Source: Octopus vulgaris (Eukaryota). Taken from it: a stretch of 64,000 nucleotides of DNA. A model generated the notes under the pieces. That model was given only the letters and a program-made list of their open reading frames with translations. It was not told the DNA's origin and made no database searches. A program made the translations under genes and the position numbers. Location: assembly GCA_951406725.2 (NCBI GenBank), contig OX597822.1, positions 62,124,001 to 62,188,000 on the forward strand. Reading direction: 5' to 3'. Positions 13,313 through 26,459 of this stretch are shown here, piece by piece (the first letter of the stretch is position 1; each line of letters starts with the position of its first letter).

Positions 13313-13840
13313 ATGTATGCCGCTATCTCAGAAAGAATATAAGAGACGTCATGACAACATAGCAAAGACTGTCCACGAACATAAACCCGAAGGCATCATC
13401 GAAAATGATAATGCCAAGATCCTTTGGGATTTTATAATTCAGTGCGACCATGAGATAGAGAATAGGAAACCAGATATAGTGTTAATTGAGAAAAGAAGCA
13501 AACGATGCTGGATCATAGATGTAGCATGCCCAGCTGATAATAAGGTATGCGATAAGGAAGAAAGAAAAGTCGATAGATATGGCAGTTGCGGTCGCTGAAA
13601 AAGGTGTTAGTAGTATCAATATTTGTCGGAGCCCTGGGAACAGTAAGTAAAAATCTTGAGAAGTACATGGAACAAATAGGGGCTGCAAAGGGTGGAGCAC
13701 TTGCAGGAAATAGCACTGCTTGGAACCGCTCGAATACTCCGGATGGTGCCCGAAAAATAAGGGGTGTTACCTTAGTTCACTGATAATGAACAGCTGACAC
13801 CGTAGTACATCTCCAGCGTTAGAAGCTGTACAAAGACAAT
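13313..13840 (+). mobile_element. R4/Dong-type retrotransposon 3' fragment
   Basis: EYKRRHDN, ILWDF, RKPDIVLIEK...IIDVACP, VGALG motifs; flanked by (TAA/TAG)n and (CAA/TAA)n. Confidence 0.85.
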
Positions 13841-14016
13841 AACAACAACAACAATAATAATTACAAGGCCTGAAAATTTGGAGGAGAGGACTAGTCTATT
13901 ACTCCGACCCCAGGGTTCCACTAGTTGTTAATTTGTCGACCCCGAAAGGATGAAAGGCAATGTCGACCTCGGCAGAATTTGAACACAGAACGTAAAGACA
14001 GACGAATCACCGCTAA

Positions 14017-14557
14017 GCAGTACCAGGCAGTGGCTCTCATGGCTGCTGAGCTTAACTGATTGGAAGTGTTATCATGCACATTGTTTTGTCTTGGTATAAA
14101 AGATGGGCTACAGTAAATATTCTGCTCAATACCACAGATTTGCTTGTCAGTTGTTTGACCGTAACTAGTTGAGCATGTCCCTTAGTGGCTGACGATATGT
14201 GCATCTCTGATCACAAGCAGAAATAGTGGGAGAGCATCATAGCCGTGTGTTGAAAGGAATTCTTAGAGGTTTGGATAATTCACCTTTGGAAACATGAGTG
14301 GTTCGTTCAACATCCTTAAACAATCCTTATTCAGGGACCTTTCGAGTGGGATGGGCTACTCGACCAGAAGAAAATTCTAACTGGGCCCCACCTGCAAGGT
14401 CATGCGCTGTTTATCTTGCTATGAGATCATCATGTCGCGCACATATGGTTGTGATGCATGTGTACGCTTATCAGACGGGTAGTCATGACGGGTATACTGG
14501 GCTTCGTATATTTTACCCCAGTGTCACTTTGATGGCTTGCACTGCGCTCTCACATTC
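14017..14557 (+). mobile_element. Family D non-coding interspersed element (5' ~10 nt missing)
   Basis: Colinear with 39755-40310 and 63014-63569; followed by (TAA)n. Confidence 0.9.
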
Positions 14558-14589
14558 AATAATAATAATAATAATAATAATAATAATCC

Positions 14590-14792
14590 TTTCTACTAAA
14601 AGCCTGAAAATTTGGAAGCGGGGACTAGTCTATTACTCCGACCCCAGTGTTCCACTGGTACTTAATTTGTCGACCCCGAAAGGATGAAAGGCAATGTCGA
14701 CCTCGGCGGAATTTGAACACAGAACGTAAAGACAGACGAATCGCCGCTAGCATTTTGCCCGACGTGCTAACGATTCTGCCAGCTCGCCACCT
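14590..14792 (-). mobile_element. SINE family B (partly duplicated at 13868-14019)
   Basis: Family B homology; shares private variants with the upstream partial copy. Confidence 0.85.
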
Positions 14793-15285
14793 TAATAACA
14801 AAAACAACAAAAATAATAAGTTTTCTGTTGGTGTGAATGCGCGCGCGTGTGTGTGGGCTTAATGCGTTGGTGTATCTCAAGTATTATGGTTAAATTGAGT
14901 ATAGCGTCTTAGCAGTTAAATATCTTATGATATTGTAAGAATAACTAATTGATCAAATATGAAAAAGAAAATGAAAGAAACTCCATCGCAGTATATCAGA
15001 ATAGTGTAACAGATAAGTAAGAATGTAGTTCGCATTGTGAGAAACTCATATTAATGAAGTGATGGATTATCAAAAAAAAAAAAAAATAAATAAATAATAA
15101 TAATAATTATATATATCAGAGTAATGTGCCAGACAGACAAAATGTTTTGTAGTTTTAGGTTGTGTTGCTTAAAAGTAATGAGATTTGAGTTGACGCAGAG
15201 TGCAGGCTTTTAGACAGATAAATAGAAAGGCGAAAAGACACAATAAAAAGAGTAAATTGATGGATTAATAAATAATTCAATGGAT

Positions 15286-15551
15286 TTTATTATCTATGCG
15301 TCCTTTTCAAGCCTAGCCAGGCTCATGGACCCGGGTTCCCGGTTTCTATGGCGTATGTGCTGCCCCCAGCTGGACGGGACGCCAGTCCATCGCAGCGTTA
15401 CTCAAGAAACAGGAAGAAAGAGTAAGAGAAAGTTGGGGCCGGAGCCTCGTGGAGCTTTTAGGTGTTTTCGCTCAATAAAGACATACAACGCCCGGTCTGG
15501 GAATCGAAACTGCGATTCTCCGACCGCGAATCCGCTGCCCTAACCACTGGG
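15286..15551 (-). mobile_element. SINE family C, tail type 1, slightly 5'-truncated
   Basis: TSD AATTCAATGGAT at 15274-15285 and 15552-15563. Confidence 0.9.
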
Positions 15552-15847
15552 AATTCAATGGATAGATTATAGGAAGTACAATTGATATTTTAAAAAATTG
15601 AATAGAATGTAACTAAGTACTAACAGTGGATCTAGGCATTGTCTGGGTGTAGGCACATATAAATACATGGTGATTGCCCCATCTTCATTGATAATTGCTC
15701 CATCTTCACAGATGCTTACCGTCTCTCTAAGATTTTTTGTTGTCATTGACATTCCTGACTTTCCGTCAATGGCCTCTGAGACGACTATTCAGTTCCGCTG
15801 CAGATCTGCATGTTTTGAAGCATAAGTGACTGACGAAAGTTGTAACT

Positions 15848-16063
15848 TACTCTTTACTCTTTTTACTCTTTTTAATTGTTTCAGTCATTTGACTGCGGCC
15901 ATGCTGGAGCACCGCCTTTAGTCGAGCAAATCGACACCAGGACTTATTTTTTGTAAGCCTAGTACTTATTCTATCGGTCTCTTTTTGCCGAACCGCTATA
16001 TTACGGGGACGTAAACACACCAGCGTCGGTTGTCAAGCGATGTTGGACACACACACACACACA

Positions 16064-16125
<62 letters not shown>

Positions 16126-16297
16126 CATAAATACGACGGGCTTCTTTCAGTTTCCGTCTACCAAATCCACCCACAAGGCTTTGCTTGGCCCGAGGCTATA
16201 GTAGAAGACACTTGCCCAAAGTACTACGCAGTGGGACTGATCCCGGGACCATATGGTTGGTAAGCAAGCTACTTACCACGCAGCTACTCCTGTGCAC
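15848..16297 (-). mobile_element. SINE family A, near full length
   Basis: Head, internal (CA)n and AAAGAGT-repeat tail all present. Confidence 0.9.
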
Positions 16298-16726
16298 TTC
16301 CAATTTCACATATTGCCGCTCTTCCATCGCCATAAGACTTTCAATAGATGAAATGACAAATGAGGTCACCATAAAGAGACCTCTATACATCACTGGATTA
16401 TTGAGATAAATGCTTGTACAACACGAATGTCACTCTCTGAGTTTTCATGATTAGTACCTGGTGACAGGCCGAAGGGAAATGACCAGAAATCATGTGGAAC
16501 TGCATGTTATATACCAGTGTGTCTCTCCTCTTGAAGGATATTGTGACCACAGCTATGAGTCATTCACCCCCAGTGGTTTTTCTGAGCACCCTGACGCCAA
16601 CAAAAGGTATTTCTGCATCCTCGTGCAGAAATGGATTGCTATGAATATGATAGTTAACTCATATCTGGGCCCTAACAGGGGATACTGCTTCAGGTCAGAG
16701 TAGAACTGGGTGAATATAATGTCATG

Positions 16727-17557
16727 GCCAGAATCAATTTTGTGGGTTACCATTACTTTTCCTCTCTTAATGTCACACTACATTTTTCGTTGACTATATT
16801 TTTAATGAGGTTTTCACCAAAATATTCTTCCCAATGAACACATTCTTTCAAACCCAATTAATTTATGTTTTCTTTTGATCCATTAAAGTCGGGTATAAAA
16901 AGCAAGTCTTTTCATACAGGGCACAAAAAAAAATGAAAAAAAAAAATATGTCACTCATTAGCACTTCTAGGCTTCATCACTAATTCAGTTCCCAACCACA
17001 TTGAATGCAGTTTTTTTTAACAATGACGATCCAGTCCAAAGCTACATTTTGAGATAAAATAATTGAAATGTGGTTCATTAAAAAATCAATAGTTAGGTCA
17101 AAATAATTGAACTAAAAAATAGGGAGAATAAAGCAGAAAATTGGGCTAAACAGCGGTGGTGCAATTCCCTTACAGGACTGTCACGTTAAGTTGACAGTAG
17201 ACAACCACTCTATCTCAGTTATTTTAACCCTTTAAGGCAGGGTGTGGCTTATTGACACACTGCTAAATTCTGAAGACAGGTGTAGTATATAAGGCACATT
17301 TGCATTATAAACTATTTCATTGATTATCATCTAGTATTTTTTCTCTTTTATTTTTTTTTTGCGTTCCGCATGAAAAGACTTGCTATTTATACCCGGTCTT
17401 AAACCGTTAAAAAAACAGCATAAATTGATTGAGTTTAAAAGAATGTGCTCATTGGGAAGAATCTTTTGGTGAAAACCTCATTAAAAATATTGTCTATGAA
17501 AAATGTAGTGTGGCTTTAAGTGAGGAAAAATAATGGTAATCCACAAAATTGACTCTG
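16727..17557. mobile_element. Long-TIR foldback/MITE-like element
   Basis: Imperfect inverted arms of about 220 bp (~16727-16950 and ~17335-17557) around a non-coding spacer. Confidence 0.7.
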
Positions 17558-17600
17558 AATCAAAATATCTCAGCTATTGTAATAGAAAACTACACAATGA

Positions 17601-17993
17601 TAAGGCGGCGAGCTGGCAGAAACGTTAGCACGTCGGGCGAAATGCTTAGCGGTATTTCGGCGGCCGTTACGTTGTTAGTTCAAATTCCGCCGAGGTCGAC
17701 TTTGCCTTTCATCCTTTCGGGGTCGATAAATTAAGTACTAGTTACGCACTGGGGTCGATATAATCGACTTAATCCGTTTGTCTCCCCTTGTGGGTAGTAA
17801 AGAAATAGGTATTTTGTCTGCCGCTACGTTCTGAGTTCAAATTCCGCCGAGGTCGACTTTGCCTTTCATCCTTTCGGGGGTCGATTAAATAAGTACCAGT
17901 TACGCACTGGGGTCGATATAATCGACTTAATCCGTTTGTCTGTCCTTGTTTGTCCCCCTCTGTGTGTAGCCCCTTGTGGGCTGTAAAGAAATA
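17601..17993 (+). mobile_element. SINE family B with internally duplicated body
   Basis: Central block present twice; 17-bp TSD AGAAAACTACACAATGA at 17584-17600 and 17994-18010. Confidence 0.92.
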
Positions 17994-18073
17994 AGAAAAC
18001 TACACAATGAAAGAGCACTATGAGAAGAATCTTATGGTGAAAACGTTGTCAAAAAATATTTGCTACGAACTTA

Positions 18074-19363
18074 CGAGGGGCGTTCAATAAGTAATGCCCC
18101 TGACCTACTTCCCATAGCAGTAGAGCAACGAAACTTGGCACAGTTATTAGTCTTTTTCTACATAGCAACCACCCAGAGTTACGCATTTCTCCCATTGTTT
18201 GATGCAGCTCTGGAGACCGTTTTTGTAGAAGACCCTAGCTTGGTCCTCCAACCTGAACGTGACTTCAGAAATCAAGGCTGCATCATCTGGGAAACGCTTT
18301 CCTTTCAAAAACAACTTCATGACTGGGAAGAGGTGAAAATCAGAGGGTGCAAGGTCAGGAAAGTAGGGGGATGGGGGAGGAGTTCATAGCCATACGCCTG
18401 TGCTTCTGATCTAGCGACAAGCGAGTTGTGGACCGGAGCGTTGTCCTGCAGGAGGAGGATGCCTTTGCTGATCTTGCCCCGCCTCTTGATTTTGATAACT
18501 TCTCTTAATTTCCTCAAAAGTGAAGCATAATAGGCTCCTGCAATTGTGGTACCCTTTGCCAGGAAATCTGTCATCACTACTCCGTCCTGGTCCCAGAAGA
18601 CTGTGAGCATGACCTTGCCAGCGGAGGGCTGTACCCTTGCCTTCTTTGGAGGGGGTGAGCCACGGTCCTTCCACTGCATTGACTGGGCTTTGGTCTCTGG
18701 ATCATCGTGATGGACCCAGGTTTCATCCTGTGTAATCAGTCTTTTGAAAAATTTTGACTCATCTTCTTGGCACATCTCCAAATTCACCCTCGAGCACTCG
18801 ACGCGTTCTTGCTTCTAGAAAGGCGTGAGCAACCTGGGAATCCATCTGGCAGACACCTTTTGCATATGCAAATGGTCATGAATGATAGTTTCCACAGACC
18901 CGGTACTAATCTTGACCTCATGGGCTATTTGGCGAATAATTATGCGTCGATCTTCCAAAATGGCAGCCTCAACTTGACGGACAGATGCCTCATCAATGGC
19001 AGAAGGGGCGACCAGATCTGGGAGCTGTTTCCACAGAGTTCCGACCATGTTTGAATTCACGATGCCAGCGTTTTACAAGGTCATATGATGGGGCATCATC
19101 ACCATAAGTTACTTTCATTTCATCAAAAGTCTCCCGTGGTGTGCGTCCGTTCAAATACAAAAACCGGATCACTGCTCGACACTCAACAGGCTCCATTTCA
19201 CACTTGACTCGGTTCAAACACCTGTAAATCAGAAACCACAATTAATTCAGAGCTGTAATTTGCCACTTATTCTATAGAGATATAAATAATTGCACATGCA
19301 AAATTTCAGCTAGATCGAACAACTGCAAGTGAGTCAGAGGCATTACTTATTGAACGTCCTTCG
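18074..19363 (-). mobile_element. Full-length mariner element (DD34D)
   Basis: TIRs CGAGGGGCGTTCAATAAGTAATGCC / GGCATTACTTATTGAACGTCCTTCG; TA duplications at 18072-73 and 19364-65; 1290 bp. Confidence 0.96.
18147..19196 (-). pseudogene. Mariner transposase, disrupted by two frameshifts and one stop
   Basis: MEPVECRAVIRFL, WIPRLL, TQDETW, QDNAPVH, HPP-YFPDLAPSDF motifs spread over several frames. Confidence 0.93.
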
Positions 19364-19894
19364 TAAGTAGTGTGACTTTAAATGACGAGAAAAGGTGATC
19401 ATTTTAATAAATCAAAATATTTTTGTCATTTTAAGACATTTATCGTTACAAAAGATAATACTTACCAGCAGGGTCGCTTATCTTAATGATACAGAGCGCC
19501 CAGGTGGAATTCATGACGTACAAAGTTCGATTCTCACAAGCGGCTTGCTAGCCACATTTATTCTACCTTTTAAGATTATTTACCCGATCTTCTGAGTTGT
19601 TTTCGCAGCTATTCTGCGTTCGAGATTTCCTTTATTTTCTGTGAAATATCACCTCACTCGGCGCTTCTGTTTGTTGTATAAAATAGATATAGTCAAACTG
19701 TCAAAACAAGCACATTGTGTGTAAATGTTGTTGCTGTTAGTGAACATTTTGAACTCCCATCACAGGTCATAATGAATAAAGTGTTCTGGGCAAAAGCAAA
19801 AGAGGGTTCCTGATGTTTGCATGAAAATTTGGGTGGACTGAGCACCTATCTATGACAAAGATTCTCAAGAAAAAAAAATTATAGAATATATTCT

Positions 19895-20106
19895 TTTCTA
19901 CTCTGGGCACAAAGCCCGAAATTTGGTGGGTGAGGGCTAGTCGATTAGATCGACCCCAGTACGCAACTGGTACTTAATTTATCGACCCCGAAAGGATGAA
20001 AGGCAAAGTCGACCTCGGCGGAATTTGAACTCAGAACGTAGCGGCAGACGAAATGCTGATAAGCATTTCGCCCGGTGTGCTAACGTTTCTACCAGCTCGC
20101 CGCCTT
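19895..20106 (-). mobile_element. SINE family B
   Basis: Homology to other family B copies. Confidence 0.88.
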
Positions 20107-21604
20107 ATGGAACAATATATTACTTGCAGATTGCCATGTTCAGTATCTAGCCTCACTCTTTACAATTTGGTCTGTCGTTTTCTTGCTGGAGAATTTAAGG
20201 AAAAGGAAAAAAAATGTGGTAAAAAATGTCGATTTTCTTAAGGTTGAATGAAGGAGGATTCAGTTTCTTCATCGTTGTTGAAATTGTCAAATTAAGAAGA
20301 AATAGAAAAGGTGTTGAAAGGCTTCATCAACTTCAAAGAAAATCATCCGGAAAATTTATCAATGGTTACATTCCGTTAATGCTTTTAATATGTCAAGCAA
20401 CTGTTGACTGTCACAACACATTGGAGAAAATAATATAATATTAACCAGATATGCGAATAGCCACCAAAGAAAAGCTGAGAAAAATGAAGCTAAAAGAAGC
20501 TCGGATCAAAATAAATTTCTGAAATTGTTCATCAAATAGTGTGTGCACTTTATTGCTTTTCTAATTTTCTGTTTTTATTGCAAATTTTTCAAATTAATAT
20601 TTTTAATCAAAAAATTTTTAGTATAAAGATAAACATTTTTGTCTTATTTGTAGAATTATTCGAAGGAAAAATATACAAGTAAATAAAATTAATTATAATT
20701 AGAGAAACGTAGCTTGGAAAGAAAGTGGACTAAACTGGAAAAATGCAGGCGCAGAGTGCTAGAATATTCTTAAGTATTGAACCTGGAAAAGTACAGGACA
20801 AGCAATAATTAAGTCTGAAAAAGTACAGGACTAGAACAAGAGACTTAAAATACAGCTGCTGAAGTTAGAATTTAAAAACTGAAATAGTAAAAAGTGCCCT
20901 TTTATATTTTTACTTAAAAGTTTAAATTAGAATACTCAAGAGGCTATTTTTTTCAATTTTAGTGAAAAGATTAATTGCCTCTAAGCTTACAAATTAAAAA
21001 TTTAGCATTACAAATTTTGTGCTTTCTGTGTCTAAAGAAATCGCATAGTAGCAATTTAAACAAAACTGATAATATATTATAACCCCCAAGTTTTTTAAAC
21101 AAAGGTTAGATAATTATTTCTACAGTTTGCATTCAATTTGTTCATTAGCTTTCATTTTTAAATGTTCTTCTGACTGTAAATAGAGAATAGTTTATCTGAT
21201 TATGTAAAATTTAAAGAAATGAACTCTTTTGTTTCTTAAAAATCTTTTTGCTATTTTTTAATTCTATTTTTGATTTATATATATTCTATATGAGTTTAAT
21301 TTTTACACAATATTTGTAATTTAGAAGTTTTGGATAACGAGTTTTGTTATGAAAATAAAGAAATAATATAATACTAAAAATAAGACACAAATGATTTAGG
21401 CTGACACAAAGACATTTTAAAAACAAAAGTATTAACATAGACACAGGCGTGGCTATGTGGTAAGAAGCTTGCTGTACAACCAAATGGTCCTCGGTTCAGT
21501 CCTACAGCATGGCACCCTAGACAAATGTCATCTGCCATAGCTTTGGGCCGGCCAAAGTCTTGTGAGTGGATTTGGTAGACGGAAACTATATATGTATATA
21601 TATT

Positions 21605-21791
21605 CTTTTACTTGTTTTAGTCATTTGATTACGGCCATATTACAGCACCGCCTTAAAGGGTGTTAGTTGAAGAAATTGACCCCCGGACTTATTCTTTGTA
21701 AGCCTAGTACTTATTCTCTCGGCCTCTTTTGCCGAATCACTAAGTTACGAGGACATAAAACCACCAGTATCGGTTGTCCAGTGAGGGTGAG

Positions 21792-21842
<51 letters not shown>

Positions 21843-21869
21843 ACACACATACACACACACACAAATATG

Positions 21870-21922
<53 letters not shown>

Positions 21923-22078
21923 GATGGGCTCCTTCCACTTTCCGACTACCATATCCACTCACAAGGCTTTGATCGGCTCGAAGTTATAGTAGGAGATACT
22001 TGCGTAAGTTGCCACACAGTGGGACTGAACCCGGAATCATGTAGTTGGGAAGCAAGCTTCTTATCACACAGGCACGCT
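21605..22078 (-). mobile_element. SINE family A (a + strand head fragment lies at ~21445-21590)
   Basis: Family A homology with expanded internal (CA)n(TA)n. Confidence 0.85.
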
Positions 22079-22082
22079 TATA

Positions 22083-24134
22083 TCTTCTATAGATATAAAA
22101 GAGGATTCTGTCAGTCTGTTTGTTTGTTTGTCCAGCAAAATATAAGTAAATAGTTCAGGGGAAGCTATTATACTTTTTCTATTTATATAAAATCGAAATT
22201 ACGTCTTTTTCTTTCTCCAGCAAAATGAAAATACCTGGTTCAAGGGAAGCTATTATGCTATTGCCTAATTTGTTTTAACAAAATTTATGCAACAGTACAA
22301 CACTAATTGTGCACAAACTTATGAGGAACTGCAATGAGACAAATATTCTCACAGGTTGTGGTAAAGGTGACACTATCTTCATTCCTCGCATACCAGTTAT
22401 ACTATCTAACGTGCCATTCCAGTTTAAGCCGTTACAGTTTTCTATCCCTCTTTCTTTTGCCATGAGCATTAATAAAACTCAGGGCCAAACCCTAAAAGTT
22501 GCTGGATTGCCGCTTTAAGAACCATGCTTTTTATATGGCCAACTTTATGTAGGGGCATCACGTGTGGGAGCTGCGTAATTTTTCTCAACAAAAATTATGC
22601 ACTGGTATAACACTAATTGTGCACAAATTTATGAAGAACTGCATTGAGGCTAATGCACTCCGAATAAAGCAAAAATCATTGTTTATAAGGAAATATCCAC
22701 TCTTATGTAGCATGAATACTTCAATAACTTAAATTATCATTACTATCATTACTATCATTAAATTCAAGAATGAATATAACTGTCATTAGTTTATTGATAA
22801 ATAAAATATCACACACAATTCATTTATTATTGTCATATAATAAACAATCAGAAGTTCGTGTATGAAATCCATCTTTTTTCTACTTCAATTATTACATGTT
22901 TTTCTCTTACATAATACACACATACAGGAGGAGTAAATCTAAATCTGTAGTCGTAGTCTCACCCTGGTTCAGATTCAAAACTGAATCTTTCAATTCTCCT
23001 TGGACATACGGTCTATTCAAATGTCAAGAGAAACCGTGACAAATGGGTCTTCCACTTGACCTGTGACCTTCTCAGTGCTATCGCACAGTCACTTGGATTC
23101 CACAAAGCAATTCTTCTATATGATATGGATATTTTTCTAGCTTCTTTCACGTTGAAACTGAATCTTTCAGTTCTTCGGTATACCGCCTATTCAAACGTCA
23201 AAAGGAACCGTGACAAATGGATGTTCCATTTAACCTGTCGCCTTTTCATTGCTACCGCAGTCATCAGGATTCCGTAAAGCTATTCTTCTGTATGATGTAC
23301 CTATTTTTCTAGCTTCTCGGTTCAGATATAAATATACAAACTTCCTTCAGATACGCAGACAAAATCTGACAGTGAAGCGATACGCACACAGACACAATTT
23401 CACAGGGAAACGGAAAACATCGACACACCCACAAAAAGACAATTCACATCAACAATTTCACAAGGAAATGAAGAACATCGACAAACATCAACAACATGCA
23501 TTCCCACTCACAGACCTGTCTCGCTCTCACTACTGATTTCTCTATCACACCTTGCATTCCTGTAATATAGCGTCGGAATTTCAGCACTAACACTGACAGG
23601 ACACAGTATTTGTAATTTCATTGGACTGTTACTTACTGATGCCATGCCTTGCATTCTTGTAACATAGCGTCGGAATTTAAGCACTAACACTGACAGGACA
23701 CAGCATTTGTAATTTCATTTGACTATTATCGACACACCCACAAAAAGACAATTCAAATCAACAACATGCATTCCCACTCGCAGACCTGTTTTGCTTTCTC
23801 TAGCGACTGCTACAGTTAAACTTCTCCACCACACAACGCCATGTCTGGTATACCTGTAATATAGCGACCATGCTTTTCACATGGTCAAGTTTATGCAGGA
23901 GCATAATGTGTGGAAGCCAAAGCAAGTCTTTTTGCTTATGCACTCCGAAATAAAACAAACAAAAAGAAAGACATTGTTTATAAGGAAATATTCACTCTTA
24001 ATGCAGCATGAATACTCCAATGAATTATTTCACGCAGGTCATATTATTGTACGTAGGTCATGTTTCCTGGCGTTCCCTATGGCAGTAACAGTATATTTTC
24101 AGAGTCAACCGTCATACGACGGGTAAACCCCTAG
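22083..24134 (+). mobile_element. Non-autonomous Helitron with helicase fragment
   Basis: A|TC start, PIF1-like motifs GDTIFIPRIP, FAMSINKTQGQTL, GQLYVGASRV; 3' hairpin CCGTC-ATAC-GACGG then CTAG|T. Confidence 0.85.
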
Positions 24135-24150
24135 TATAAATAACACACAT

Positions 24151-24226
<76 letters not shown>

Positions 24227-24572
24227 TCAATTTCTGTAATTCTCTCCACCTACTATTTATCAATCTATTTATTTAGCTGTTTGTCTCCAGCACTTATGCA
24301 AGTGTGTGCGTATGGTAAGTCTCCCGTTGCTGAGATCAACCTGCACAGATGATTTGCTTATAGTGAAAACATGTTTGAACTGTACGTTAGCTCACTCCAT
24401 CAAATCAACATTGCCTGAACAGGCGTACAGTGTACCACACGTCAGGTGTCAAAGTGGTCCCAACTCCAGGTCTAGGAATTGAACCCACGATTTCGTGATT
24501 GTGAGAACAAAATCCTAGGTCTCAATCTCATGCAAGTGGATATATGTATGTGTGTGTGTGTGTATACATACA

Positions 24573-24630
<58 letters not shown>

Positions 24631-24709
24631 TAATAAATATTAGGGAATAAATCCAAACTTACAGGGAAAAATCAGATTTAGGATTGAATCCAATTTTATA
24701 GTAAAATAT

Positions 24710-24808
24710 TATATTATATTAAATTAGAGACAAAACCACTATTAGGCAAATCAAACAATGAACAAATCATTGTTTGATTTGCCTAATAGTGGTTTTGTCT
24801 CTAATTTA

Positions 24809-24818
<10 letters not shown>
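24710..24818. repeat. Perfect 52-bp inverted repeat with 5-nt loop
   Basis: 24710-24761 is the exact reverse complement of 24767-24818; lies within a short insert between (TA)n tracts. Confidence 0.95.
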
Positions 24819-24840
<22 letters not shown>

Positions 24841-24979
24841 CTATATGCACGTATATATGTGTGTGTGTGTGTATGTGTGCGTATGTAATAAAGACACACA
24901 CGCACATACATACGCTCGCACGCATGCACGCTCACACATATGTATAAGACGCATATCTATCTATCTATCTATCTATCTG

Positions 24980-25038
<59 letters not shown>

Positions 25039-25047
25039 CTTTTATCT

Positions 25048-25392
25048 TTCACTTGTTTCAGTCATTAGACTACAACCATTTTGGAGTGCTGCCTTGAAGC
25101 AGTTTTAGTCAAACAGATCGTTCCCAGTACTTATATTTTAAAGTATGGCACTTATTCTGTCTGTTTATTTTGCCGAACCGCTAAGTCATGCGGAGATATA
25201 AAAAGACCAATACCGGTTATAGGGTGAGAAACAGACAGACACACACACATTATATATACGTATACGACGGTCTTTCACACAGTTTCTGTCTACCAATTCA
25301 TTCACAAGGCATTGGTCCTTAAGGTACCACACATTGGGACTGAGCCTGAAACAACTTAGTTGTAAAACGAACTTCTTGACCGCACAACCACG
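25048..25392 (-). mobile_element. Diverged SINE family A
   Basis: Family A homology; tail abuts (TCTA)n. Confidence 0.75.
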
Positions 25393-26053
25393 TAAGGATT
25401 TACGTGTGTCCTTGTATTATGTTATCTACATATCAATTAAAATTTTTTTGTTTTCGCTTTTCTATCTGTCACCTCACCTTTCAATGCAATTAGGCATTAA
25501 AAAAACCTAAAATAACAATAAAACGCTTATTGTCGTTTTCTATTGCCTGTCTATTGCCCTATTCTGATATATCTTGGATGATTTTTGCGATCACCGAATA
25601 TATTTCAGTTTCTCCTAATGCTAACTAAACTCATAATCTCTGTTATACTATTCTAATATATCTAATGCTTTTCGATGTCTCATTCATTCGTTTTTACTTG
25701 TCGATGAAGAAATGCAATCAGATTTTAAGTAAAAAAAACAAACAACATATATCTTCAACAATGATTTTTATAACACTAGGCAATGATATACATAATTTAC
25801 AATATGTTGTAAGTAAATGTGCGTGAAATGGTAGGGAAATTGTCAGAGAGTTGTGAGTTGCTTCGTCTTGCTAGCGTGGGTTTAAAGACACATAGTTCCC
25901 GTTCACAATATGAGAAATTCTTCAAAAGAGCTAAATTCCATATATGATATATTAAATCTGATTTATTTATTTAAAATATTTGGAATATTTATCAAACACA
26001 AAAAATTAACAACAAAATATAAAGTTATAAAGAAATCAGAAATATTCTGGCAA

Positions 26054-26455
26054 AGGAGTGGCTGTGTAGTTAGTAGCTTGCTTACCAACCACATGGTTCC
26101 GGGTTCAGTCCCACTGTGTGGCACTTTGGGCAAATGTCTTCTATTATACCTTCGGGCCGACCAAAGCCTTGTGAGTGGATTTGGTAGACGGAAACTGAAA
26201 GCAGCTCGTCGTATATATATATATATATGCGTGTGTATGTGTGTTTGTGTGTCTGTGCTTGTCTCCCCAACATCGCCTGACAACCGATGGTGGTGTGTTT
26301 ACGTCCCCGTAACTTAGCGGTTCGGCAAAAGAGACCGATAGAATAAGTACTAGGCTTCCAAAGAATAAGTCCTGGGGGCGATTTGCTTGACTAAAGGCGG
26401 TGCTCCAGCATGGCTGCAGTCAAATGACTGAAACAAGTAAAAGAGTTAAAAAGAA
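26054..26455 (+). mobile_element. SINE family A, near full length
   Basis: A box, B box GGTTCAGTCCC, internal TA/TG repeat and tail present. Confidence 0.92.
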
Positions 26456-26459
26456 AGTG

